Shown here piece by piece: positions 52,446 through 64,000 of a stretch of 64,000 nt of DNA. The notes under the pieces are model-generated. The model saw nothing but the letters and a program-made list of their open reading frames with translations, ran no database searches and was not told the origin of the DNA. Source of the stretch: Octopus sinensis (taxonomy: Eukaryota); the NCBI RefSeq assembly GCF_006345805.1, contig NC_043000.1, forward strand, positions 77,500,001-77,564,000. The letters run 5' to 3'. Position numbers and translations under genes: made by a program. Positions within the stretch are counted from its first letter, which is position 1; every line of letters begins with the position of its first letter.

Positions 52446-52645
52446 AGACAGGTGTCTTTTCGACAGGACGGGTGAACTTGAGCTGGCGCATTAGAAAAAT
52501 GCCTTGGGGCAGAGAAAAAAATGTGCCTAGCCTCGACGGCTGCTAACCACGATAAGGTCAGTTAGTCACGTGTGAGGAGAAGAGAGAGGAAAAGTGGGAC
52601 AGATGAAGAGAGAAAAAAAGGAACAAGGAACAAAGGAGGAGGAGA

Positions 52646-52694
<49 letters not shown>

Positions 52695-52894
52695 AGACAG
52701 ATCAAAGTGGAGTGCAAGTGTGAAAGGCAGAGAAATGTAGGAGAGGGGGGAGAGAGAGACAGTGTTATAGAGTCGTACCAAGTTTAAAGAAAATATGTAC
52801 TTACATACAAGACCAAAAAGGGTACGGGCTCCGCTTATTGCCTGATCCTCTTATACTGCATTAATATTCCTCGCACTTTCCGCCGCGTTGTTGC

Positions 52895-53059
<165 letters not shown>

Positions 53060-53072
53060 CATACATATACGT

Positions 53073-53385
53073 GGAGGCGCAATGGCCCAGTGGTTAGGGC
53101 AGCGGATTCGCGATCGTAGGATTGCGGTTTCGACTCCCTGAGCGGGCGTTGTGAGTGTTTATTGAGCGAAAACACCTAAAAAAAGGCACCACGAGGCTCC
53201 GGCAGGGGGTGGTGATCCCTGCTGTACTCTTTCACCACTCATTCTCCCACTCTTTCTTCTGTTGGCCTGCTCGCTTAGACAGCGGGGTGACGTCATTCAA
53301 AAGGCTAAAACAATGCGAACGCATTGTGACCAGCGATGTGTAACAACATCTGATGGTCTGGTCGGTCACGTGATCACGTGATATA
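53073..53385 (+). mobile_element. Full-length tRNA-derived SINE (second family)
   Basis: A box TGGCCCAGTGGTTAG, B-box-like GGTTTCGACTCC and a tail tcacgtgatcacgtgata. A partial copy lies at 19074-19195. Confidence 0.82.
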
Positions 53386-53485
53386 CATATACATATATAT
53401 AAGTATATATATGTATATATATGTATATGTATATGTATATATACATATGAGTATATTTTTGTGTATTTGTCTGTACATACATATG

Positions 53486-54742
53486 TATTGGGTCATCTCA
53501 TAAATAATGTGGTTTCTTTATACTTCTTTTATTTTTCAAAATTAAGATAAACAATATACTAAAAATATACTCACCTTCATTTTCTGAAATGCTCTTCCAT
53601 CTATGTGGCAGACTTGCAAGGCCCCTCTTCCAAATTTCACTTGTCCCTGACGAAAAATACTCTTCCAGTATTGTTTTGACCCCGTCTACAGAATTCATAT
53701 TTTCTCCGTTCAAATGATTTTGAAGACTGTGGAATAAATGATAATCAGATGGGGCAAAGTGCAGCGAATATGGTGGGGCATGGTTTCCCATTCAAACTGC
53801 TCCAGCCTTTCGAATGTCATCCTTTCTGTATTTGACCGAGTATTATCCTGATGGAAGAACATCTTTCGTCTTGAAACTAAAGATGGTCGTTTTTCTTCTA
53901 GTGCTGACTTAAACCGCTCAAACTGCTCACAGTAGATCTCCTTTGTTATAGCTTGGTTAGGGTTTAAAAGTTCAAAATGGACTAAACCTTTCATATCCCA
54001 CCAAACAATTAACAACAACTTACGTGGGTGAAGATCTTTAGCCTGGGGTGCCGGTATTTATCCTTTTCGTACTCTCTGTCTTCGGCGTTTGACTTTTTTT
54101 ATAAAGAACCCTTTTCTCGTCATCAGTCACTATTCGGTCCAAAAAAGGTTCATTTGTGAGACGTGACAGCGAAGAACACACATTCACTTTCTGCGCGCGA
54201 TTAGACTCGGAAAGTTTGTAAGGAGCCCATTGATCCATTTTGCTGACTTTCCAGATGTTACACATGTGTAGATGAATGGTTGAATGGCAAATCCAAGCTT
54301 CTCTGCTAGTTTCTCAGCAGTTACGATGGGATTTTGTTCCACTTGGGTTTGCAGAACGTCCTCGTTCAGCTCTACAGATCTTTTAGGACGAGGCTCGGCA
54401 TCTAGGCTGTAGTTTCCAGCTCGGAATTCTTGGAACCACCGTTGACACTGGCTTACGCTTATTGCCTGATCCTCTTATACTGCATTAATATTCCTCGCAC
54501 TTTCCGCCGCGTTGTTGCCTTTATTGAACTCATAAAGCAAAATATGCCGAATGTGCTCCTTTGCCACTTCCATTATAGCTTTGAAAACAATAACAATTAA
54601 AATCGAATTGCACTCTTCAAAACTTGCACTAAGAATTAGGACAAGGTAAAATAACTACCCGCTTTTATAAGTTGATGGAGGTGGTTTACCCCGACCCATT
54701 ATGTCTTTCATGTGATTGAAAAGACCGCATTATTTATGCGAT
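53486..54742 (-). mobile_element. Mariner (DD34D) element, near full length, decayed
   Basis: FLDRIVTDDEK, LLIVWWDMKG..HFELL, FHQDN, APSDYHLFHSLQNHL and RWKSISENEGEY. TIR-like cataaataatg(t/c)ggt at both ends. Confidence 0.9.
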
Positions 54743-54806
54743 ATATATATATATACGTGTGTGTGTGTGTGTGTGTGTGTGTATAATATATGTATGTATG
54801 TATATA

Positions 54807-55175
54807 GGTGCAGGCATGTTAGTGTGGTAATAAGTTTGCTTCGCAAACAGATGGCTCCGAGTTCAGTCCCACTGCATGGCACCTTGCAAAAGTGGCTTTT
54901 ATATTAGCCTCTCGCTGACCAAAGTCATATGAGGGGATTTTGTAGCGGAAACTGAAAGAAGCCCGCCGTATATATGTATGTACGTGTGCGTGTATTTGCG
55001 CGCGTGTGCTTGTATCTATATTTCGCTCTCACCAGCGCTTGACAACCGTTGCTGGTAAGTTCTCGTCCCCATAACCTAGCGGTTACAATACGTGCCAGGC
55101 TTATCAAAAAATTAAATACTGCGGCTAACATTCTTTAAAGCGAAACCCCAGCATGGGGCACTGCCTTGAAATAAG
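54807..55175 (+). mobile_element. tRNA-derived SINE copy (family of 27431-27838)
   Basis: gtgtggtaa..agttcagtcccactgcatggcaccttg, cggaaactgaaagaagccc and gcttgacaacc. Confidence 0.78.
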
Positions 55176-55690
55176 TAACAGAATATGTACATAATACATA
55201 CACACATACATGCACACACATACATAGATACATTGGGACACCCTTCAGTCACGAATGACCATGAGATTGCACCTAGAAAGTTACCCTCCGAGGCACAAGT
55301 CCGGGCAATGCAGACACACACACACACACACACAGGTATATATATATAAAGTTAAATTTTCTTATAAAGTATGTTTTTAAGTATACTTTACAATATATGG
55401 ATTAAATTAAATTATAGAAGGAACGCACCCAGGCAATCAATAACGATATCTTTTATCGACCTATTTATCTACCTATTTAACCTTGAATTTTTAAATTTTG
55501 AACTCGCATCCGACATTTCATATAAACATCAAATTCTTAATCGATTCGAACAGTTGCTTTTGGAAGCCCTTACCTCGAATTTTTCTCTCTTTATTTGTCA
55601 CTCCTCCATTGGGTACCTGAACCAACGTACATCATGCATAGTTTTCACGTATGACTTTTACATGTAATTTTGTTCAATGATTTATAAATT

Positions 55691-55754
<64 letters not shown>

Positions 55755-55963
55755 TATATATATGTTTATTTCGTTGTGTGTTTAAAACTATGCTTTGGAT
55801 GTGTTTCTTTCCATAATTTCCTTTATCCTTGACTTTTTTCAACTTTTTTCTATTGTTTTCAAACTGTCTTCACCCTTTTTCTTCTTTCGTTGTTTTCCTG
55901 TTGTCTCTCCTTTTTCCTGCTTCGCCCCCACCCACCTTTACCTGTTTGCCACCACTTCTCATC

Positions 55964-58822
55964 ATGCCTGACTTGCACTCGTTCGTCCAACACCTTCAAT
56001 CCCTCCTCAGCCGCTACCTCGCGTTCTTCCCCCCACAATGTTCCGCACCTGCTATAAAACTTTCCCGCTTGCTTTTTAAGAAAACCCGCCACTCTAGTCA
56101 TCTTTCCTTTCTTAGCCGGTGCCTCCGCCATCATGTCACACCCCGCGGTTTCCTCTTGAAGTTCCACGCTACCCCCCCTATTCCTCCCCCTTCATCGAAC
56201 CCACCCTCGCTCGGACCTCCCGCTCCCTCCTCCGCGCCACCATCCGCTCCACCCGCCCCCTCCCTGACTCCCTCGACCATCACTTCCCCAGGCCTACCTC
56301 CTTCTCTCCGCCCTCTGCCCTCCACTCTTCACCCAACCTATCCTCCGCTTCATTCTTAATCTCAACCACCAACTCTACAACCACCTCACACACACAAAAA
56401 CAAAAAACTCCACCTCCTCCTCAACCCCTCACCCCCTTCCCCATCCTCCCCCACTGTTCCCCCCCCCCTCCTTCGCACCTACCCCACCCTTCACGGACCC
56501 ACACCCCCCACCGTGACCTCCTACGCCTAACCCATCTTCACCCAACCACCCCTACCATCCCCTTCACACCCCTGCACCCCCTCCGCCTGCCCCTAGTCCT
56601 CCCACCACCCACCGCTTCCTCGCGCTGTTGTCACTATACCCCCCCCTCCCCCTCTCCGCCGTTGAGCGCTCCCCCTCCTCAGTAAAGGTCTCCGCTTCAC
56701 GCCACTCACGCGCCACTGTGATGAGTTCGAGACTCGGGCGGACGTCAACCTGTTCCTGCGCCGCCTCAAACTTCGCGCATACTACCACGCGTCCCCGCAG
56801 CGTCAAAACAATCAGGATTGCCTTTTGGAGCTGGGCGTCGTCCATCCATCTGGACGCCGCCCCAGGCCTTTTCAGTAGCCTAGATTCGTTTGTACATGAC
56901 TGCAACGCTTTGGTCCACCGTTTCAACTTTGAACCAAGACCCCCCGAGCCAACCTCACTCGGGCCGAATCCATTGCCCTTCGCCACCCTCCGCCGTCGTG
57001 ATGACATTGTCATCAAACCGGCGGACAAAGGCGGGGCAGTGGTAGTGTGGCGCGCGGACCTATACAGGGAGGAAGCGCTCAACCAGCTTCAAAATCCACT
57101 CTTCTATCGCCTCCTCCCCTCCGATCCCCACCTCCTCCTACCAACAACGAGTGTCCTCCACCATCCACGACCTCATCTCCTCCTCCGCTCTCCCCCTCAC
57201 CGCCACCAACCTCATCGTCCGCACACCCCGCACCTCCACCATCTACTTCCTTCCCAAGATCCATAAACCCTCTAATCCTGGCCGTCCCATAGTCTCTGCC
57301 TGTAATTGCCCCACTGAACTCATCTCCCTATACCTCGACCGCATCCTGTCCCCCTTAGTCGCAGCCCTCCCATCCCACATACACGACCACCAACCACGCC
57401 CTCCGTCTCTTCAATTCCTTTTCCTTCCCTTCCAGCCCCTCACACCTCCTCTTCACTTTAGATGTAAAATCCCTGTACACAGTGATTCCCCACAATGACG
57501 GTCTCCTAGCCCTCCAACACTTCCTCGACCGTCGTCCCGACCCACCCCCAGCACCCCCACCCTTCTCCGTTTGGCCGAGCTCGTCCTCACCCTCAATTGC
57601 TTCACGTTCGCCGGGGAAACGTACCAACAGGTGTCCGGGGTCGCGATGGGAACTAGGATGGGCCCCAATTTCGCCAATCTCTTTCTTGGCTACATTGAGG
57701 CCCAAGTGTTTCTCCCAGTTCTCTGGGCCGACCCCCGAACTATACGGTCGCTATATCGACGACTGCGTAGGTGCCACCTCCCTTTCCGTGAACTTCTCTG
57801 CCAATTCATCTCTTTCCTTTCCAACTTTCACCCCTCCCTTCAATTCACCTCCACCATCTCCAACACCTCTGTCAACTTCCTTGACATCTCTCTCCGCATC
57901 GATCACCCCTCCAGATCTCTCACCACCACCGCCTTTTTTAAACCTACGGATTCCCACCTCTATCTCAACTTCTCTTCCTCCCACCCCCTTCCACACCAAA
58001 CGAGCCATCCCCTACTCCCAGTTCCTCCGCCTCCGACGTTTGTGCAGCCGCGACCAGGATTTCGAGACCCAATCTCAATACCTGGCCCGCATGTTCAGAC
58101 TCCGAGGTTACCCACCCATACTCCTCTCTGATGCCCTCACCCGCGCCCGTCGCATCGACCGCACTACCGCCCTGTCTCCTTCCCCCCGCCACCCCCCCCG
58201 CACCCCCTTCCCCCCTTCCACCCCTTTTCCACCCCTCTACCCTACCCCTTCGTCGCAAGATACTACGTGCCTTCCGTCGCCTCCAGCTTGATCCCACCAC
58301 CCGCCCCATTTTCCCTAACCTACCCCTGTCCTCTTTCAAACGAGCCCGCAATCTGCGTGACCTCCTGGTCCACAGCACCCTCTCTCCTTCCCCCTCAGCC
58401 CCACACGGATCATTCCCTTGCTCTAGATCCCGCTGCAACACTTGCCCCTTCATCACCAACACCACCGCTGTCACCGGCTCCAACCTGCACACTGTACGCA
58501 TTAGGCACTCTTTTACGTGCACCTCGTCTGGCCTTATTTACTGCATTAAATGCAACCTATGCGGGATGCTGTATGTAGGACAGACGGGACGCCGGTTGTC
58601 CGACCGTTTCACTGCAAGCACTTAAGGGACGTTCGCCTACACTCTCTTTCTCCCGTCGCACGCCACTTCCGCTCGGCCGGCCATTCCCTAGATGACATCT
58701 CAGTGTTTGGTCTCGCCCCCCACCAAGGTCGCCCACTTTCCAGGCTCCACTTGGAGCAACGCTACATCTTCACCCTACAAACTACCACCCCACACGGACT
58801 TAACACAGCCCCCTCCTCTTGA
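55964..58822 (+). pseudogene. PLE polyprotein (N-terminus, RT, thumb, GIY-YIG) broken by frameshifts
   Basis: HLSFLSRCLRHHVTPRGF, IKPADKGGAVVVW, YFLPKIHKP..GRPIVS, GVAMGTRMGPNFANLF, RYIDD, KPTDSHLYL, CSRSRCNTC, LIYCIKCNLCGMLYVGQT and PHGLN. Confidence 0.92.
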
Positions 58823-58859
58823 GATCTGTTTTTTTTTTTTTTTTTTTTTTTTTTGGGCA

Positions 58860-61600
58860 CACCACCCACAACACACACCCACCTGCCTCCCACACGCACA
58901 CACCCACCCACCTACCTCCCACACACACCCAACAACCTACCTCCCACACGCCTGTTCACACACACATACGTAGACCCATCTACGTACATACATTCACACA
59001 TTTAATCACACACACTTACAGACATACTAGCACACACTAACATACAAACCAACATGCACATACACACACACATACATACATACGCACACATATACATACT
59101 TACACACACACACACACACACACAGACATACATACACACATACACACACACATACATACGCACATACATACACACACACTCACACACACACACACCGCAC
59201 GTACATACTTCACACACACACATGCAAACATACATGTAGGCACATACATACATACATGCCCACACTGAATGCACACACACATACACCTTTTTGCATCCAG
59301 GCAGCCCCCCCTCTTTTCTGCTTTCCGGTTTTGGCTGATGGATCCTCGGTTCCCGCGTAGCGGGGCGTTCGAGGGCCTTTGCGCTCGCGCGCCTTGGCGC
59401 GCGCTGGGGGCTTGGTCGGCCCCTTGGGCTTGCGTTGTACTGCTTGTGCGTTGTGTGCGTGAGCGCGCTTTGTGCGTGTGGGCTTGCTTCGGATGCGCGT
59501 ACGTATATATGCATACATACCCACACACTCGCATGCATCCCTACCCACATACATACACGCACACCTACTCACACACACACATACACACACATACCTGCAC
59601 ACACACATACATACATACACATACATACCTACTTCAGACATACACACACACAGACATACACCCATACACTCACACTCACACGCATACACACACACACATA
59701 CACACGCACACGTACACATACACACACACACACACACCCTACATACATACATTACACTTGTATACACACACACTTACATTCATACACACACACACCTACA
59801 CAGCCATACCCTCACTCAGACACACACATCTACCTACACACACACACAACACACACGACACACACCCATACATACATCTACACACACACGCCTACACACA
59901 TACATACACACATACATAAACACACACACATACACATATACACACATACGCACACACACATATACTTATACACATGCACACACACACACATACATACATA
60001 CACCCATATACATACATACACACATACCCACATACTCCTATACGCACATACATACACAAAGACATACACACTTACACACTCACACACACATACTTACACA
60101 CACACACTCACCTGCACGCGCACACACATGCATGACAAACACCCATACACTCACACTCACATACGCACACACCAAACATAAACACGCACACGCACACACA
60201 CACCTACACTCCCCACACACATACACACGCACCTACATACACACACACAGCACGCATACACACGCATACACACATACATTACACACGTACACACACACAC
60301 CCACATACACATGCATAACACACACACACACAAACATGCACGGACACACCCAGACATACACACATACACCTATATACACACGCCCACACACCTACATACA
60401 CACACATATACACACGCCCACACACCTACATACACACACATACATACACACATACACGGACACACCCACACATACTTACATACATACACCTATACACACA
60501 CGCCTACACACCTACATACACACACATGCATACACACACACACACATGTACGCACATACACACACATATACGCACATACATATATACCCACACACATGCA
60601 CACACACACACACATACGCACATGCATGCATGCATGCACACGCGCACACCTACACGCATACACACACACACACACACGCACGTACACATACATACATACA
60701 CACACGCATACATACACCCATACACATACATGCATCCGACACACACATACATACACACTCACACATACATACACACACACACACTCACTCACACACCTGT
60801 ATGTACGCGCACACACATGCACATACACACACTTCCCCACACCCACACGACATACATACACACACTCACACACATACACACACACACACACACACGGACA
60901 TACATCTATGCACACACATACATACACACATACTCACATACATTCATCGGACACACTGCCACCCCCCAGACATACACACAGACACACTCACACATCCACA
61001 CACATACATACTTACGCGCACACTCGCAGGCACGCGCACATACGCACTTGCGCCGGCTCGCGCTGCATACGCGCCGCATACACCTCGCCCTTGGACCTGA
61101 CGAGACCTCCCGCCTGTTCCTGGGACCGTCGCGTGTCGTTGGGTTTTCCCACGCCTGTCTCCGCGGTACCACTCTTCCATCTTCCCCTCAGCTGGAGTCC
61201 TTTTTCCTTAAACCCCCCCCCCTTTTCGTTACACACACACGCGCACACATATACACACCTTGCCTATATATATACATCACTCTTACACACATTCAATCTA
61301 CTCGCCATTAATACCACCACGACACTGGACACACACACACACTACTACTCAACACACGCTGGCACGCTACATACGCCCCCACCCCTTCCCCTCCCTCCCT
61401 TCCTCCTTCCTTCTTTTTCTTACTACTGACCTCGTCTGCTAGCTGACCACTAGTCTCGCCCTACCTCACACGCCTACACACAGACGCACACACTAACACA
61501 CACATATTTTTTTGTTTTTTTTCTCGCCTCACACACACACATACACACACGCACACGCACACACTCACACATACACACACATCTGTTGGGTTACCAACCT
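58860..61600 (+). repeat. Degenerate CA-rich satellite inside the PLE 3' UTR
   Basis: About 2.7 kb of (CA)n, (CATA)n and (CACG)n mixtures. It is the source of the spurious H/T-rich ORFs. Confidence 0.9.
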
Positions 61601-61754
61601 TGTCTCCACTCTTTAGCCTTTAAAAACCCACTTTGCTCTTGTTATCGTCAACATCCGCCTTTCACCATGTGCAACTCGTAAACACCAGTCGTCTTTTTTC
61701 TCTTTCCCTGTTGCCCGCTCTGGGATCTTTCTTTCCTCTCTCTTCCTTCTTTAT

Positions 61755-61789
61755 GTTTCCGACGAAGAGCTCCGCTCGAAACGTCATAC
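61755..61789 (+). ncRNA. Minimal hammerhead motif, U4C core
   Basis: GUUU-CCGACGA-A-GAGC-ucc-GCUC-GAAA-C-GUC-AUAC, with the ACGU palindrome. Confidence 0.7.
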
Positions 61790-61899
61790 CTCCCTGCTTC
61801 CATCTCCTGAGCGCCTTTTAATAATAATACAGTAATTGTTCCTGTTGTTGTTGTTTTTTGTTTCCCTTTTGGATTAAAATTATATATATATATATATAT

Positions 61900-62836
61900 A
61901 TTTCAACAATTGAGGGTAAAATTAATTAATTATTAATCAGTTTCACCAAGTGTTCAGTATGTAAAGGACCATTATAGGCGAATTCAAAATATTACATTAA
62001 TATAAGGGCTTAGTAAAATAATTACTTTGCCACATACTGAACTCATTAGAAATAGCAGCTAAAGAAATTTCTTCAGCTATTTCTAATACTAAAGAAGATC
62101 TCTCTCAGATAGTGTTTGCCTAAACTAACTCACAAAAGTATGGGGGAAAAAACCATTAAAAAATCAAGTGCAAAGGTTATTTGAGAACGTACGTTTCTAG
62201 ATTAGTCAATTCGACATTTCTTTCTTCAGCTCAGAATTCCTTGAATCGGATTGGGCAAAGTAATTTATTTTACTAAGCCCTTATATATTGTAATATTTTG
62301 AATTCGCCTATAATGGTCCCTTTACATACTGAACACTTGGTGAAACTGATTAATAATTAATTAATTTTACCCTCAATTGTTGAAATTATAATTCATCTCT
62401 CTTAGCTAAATTCTGCGGTCTTCACTGTTAATACTTGGTGTTTGTCAATTTTACCCACGCTGGTGGAAAGGGGAGAGCAGAAATTCTTCGCTTGCATATT
62501 CGAATTTGATAGCACTTTTAGTTCGAGCAGAATTCTTAGGTGATTAGAAGCCGAAAGGGTATGCTCCCGACTTTAAGTGTTCCCAAATCCGATTCAAGGA
62601 ATTCTGAGCTGAAGAAAGAATGTCGAATTGACTAATCTAGAAACGTACGTTCTCAAATAACCTTTGCACTTGATTTTTTAATGTTTTTTTTTCCCCCATA
62701 CTTTTGTGAGTTAGTTTAGGCAAACACTATCTGAGAGAGATCTTCTTTAAGTATTAGAAATAGCTGAAGAAATTTCTTTAGCTGCTATTTCTAATGAGTT
62801 TCAGTATGTGGCAAAGTAATTTATTTTACTAAGCCC
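61900..62836. repeat. Double fold-back module A-B-A'-C-B' of pLTR-like sequence
   Basis: 61900-62031 is inverted at 62254-62386, and 62006-62255 is inverted at 62582-62836. (TA)n lies on both sides. Confidence 0.88.
62605..62655 (+). ncRNA. Hammerhead motif (mirror copy on the - strand at 62182-62233)
   Basis: UGAG-CUGAAGA-A-AGA...GUC-gaauu-GAC...UCU-A-GAAA-C-GUAC-GUU-CUCA. There is an A.A mismatch at the base of stem II. Confidence 0.6.
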
Positions 62837-62855
62837 ATATATATATATTTATATA

Positions 62856-62903
<48 letters not shown>

Positions 62904-62907
<4 letters not shown>

Positions 62908-63118
62908 CCTGTTACTTTGGAGTTTCACGTTCCCGTTCGTCGGACAGTTTTGTTAAAAACAGTTTTAAAACAAACTGTCCGACGAACGGGAACGTGAAAC
63001 TCCGAGTAACAGGTTATGTTGAATTTCTGCTGCTTTTAAATAAAGCATATTACTCTACCCCTGATATTTGAGTACTCTTTTTTCCACCTTGTTTCACATT
63101 TATGTGTTTACTCCGGTA
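62904..63118 (+). mobile_element. About 215-bp pLTR-derived mini-element starting with a 114-nt near-palindrome
   Basis: 62904-63017 is self-complementary. A unique tail runs to 63118, and (TA)n lies on both sides. Confidence 0.75.
62975..63012 (+). ncRNA. Hammerhead motif, U4C core (mirror copy on the - strand at about 62909-62947)
   Basis: CUGU-CCGACGA-ACG-ggaa-CGU-GAAA-CU-ccg-AG-UA-ACAG. All three stems close. Confidence 0.75.
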
Positions 63119-63121
63119 TAT

Positions 63122-63158
<37 letters not shown>

Positions 63159-63161
63159 GTA

Positions 63162-64000
63162 TCTATATATAAAACTGAATTGCGTTTTTACCGCTTGGAT
63201 CGCTTTCAATGCCACTACATCCCGTCCGATTCGCTCCAAAATTTACAGGGACATGTAGAATGAGGTGACGATGCGCGTGGGCTACCTTACAAATCCCTAT
63301 CTTAAAAGGTGTGGTTGCTAGGGGCCATCTTCCTCACTCACCCTATTTCCTCCTTTCCCTCTCTTACTCCTCTTCATAACTTTCAGAAGTCCACTACGGT
63401 TATTTAAAGTATCTGTCACTATCGCTATTTCCTTTCTTTTTCACTGACTCTGTTTCCTACCTTCCTATCACTTCGGCGGCGTTCTTTTAAGTATATGTCT
63501 GTCACCAACAATCAACACACGAGCATGAGAACAAATATTATGAATCAGATATTCTTGCGTTTGTAAGGGAAATAACTATATAAGCATTTTTAGTGAGTTA
63601 TAGCAAAAAAAATAGCAAAAAATGCATTAAAAATGGAATAAAAAATGATAGTAACTTTTTTTTTAAATCGTTGACTCATCGTAGACATTTTTAGAGAGTT
63701 ACTTCCCTTATATAATAGCGAAAAATGCATTAAAAATGGAATAAAAAATTATGGTATTTTTTTTTAATCGTTGACTCATCGTAGACATTTTTAGAGAGTT
63801 ACTTCCCTTATATAATAGCAAAAAATGCATTAACATGGAATAAAAAATTATGGTAAATTTTTTTTTTAAATCGTAGACTCATCGTAGACGCGCGCTAATA
63901 CCCAGAAGGGCTCGATATGAATCACGACTATAAGATACCCGGTTTTGGTTACACTGCACCGCAAAATGTGGGAGTGGTTAGGAATCTAAATCGTAGGAGA
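63162..64000 (+). mobile_element. Non-autonomous Helitron-like element (runs off the window) with about 100-bp internal tandem repeats
   Basis: Starts A|TCTATATATAAAA with a ccgtccgattcgctccaaaattt motif. gactcatcgtagac recurs at 63673, 63773 and 63876. Confidence 0.5.

Larger units (their letters stand above)
51290..52568 (-). mobile_element. 5'-truncated PLE, Naiad-like endonuclease tail plus 3' UTR/pLTR
   Basis: A GIY-YIG ORF is followed by a (CA)n-containing UTR and an HHR. Flanked by (TA)n and (GA)n. Confidence 0.72.
55760..61880 (+). mobile_element. Apparently full-length PLE (Neptune-like Cys linker), about 6.1 kb, flanked by (TA)n
   Basis: Layout: 5' UTR, a frameshifted single ORF, about 2.7 kb of CA-rich UTR, an HHR, and (TA)n on both sides. 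Confidence 0.85.

Noticed and set aside
59472-61100. 542-aa H/T-rich ORF and the many other YI/HT/CV-repeat ORFs in the track
   Set aside because: They are translations of (CA)n, (TA)n and (CATA)n microsatellites, which lack stops by composition and show no domain motifs.
61096-61135. CUGACGAG within a non-CA island of the large PLE
   Set aside because: No GAAA or stem III follows.

Overview
This is an AT-rich, microsatellite-saturated eukaryotic window. The SINE families and repeat landscape suggest an octopus or other cephalopod intron or intergenic region (inference, no database search). I found no host exon, rRNA, true tRNA gene or CRISPR array that I can support, and most ORFs in the supplied track are microsatellite artefacts. 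The recognisable content is transposon-derived. There are at least seven pieces of Penelope-like retroelements (PLEs; RT and/or GIY-YIG endonuclease) from about three families, plus R4/Dong-like, RTE-like and L1/Tx1-like LINE remnants. There is also a Gypsy integrase with its 3' LTR, a Chapaev3-like and a Tc1 element, three mariner relics, Helitron-like ends and several tRNA-derived SINEs. The main finding is a dense set of minimal type I hammerhead ribozyme (HHR) motifs, read by eye at about ten loci on both strands. They sit in PLE terminal repeats and in fold-back mini-elements that mostly abut (TA)n tracts. Several have non-canonical cores: a compensated U3-A8 pair at two independent loci and a recurrent U4C change. 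All family assignments come from remembered protein and RNA motifs and need computational confirmation. Ribozyme activity is untested.
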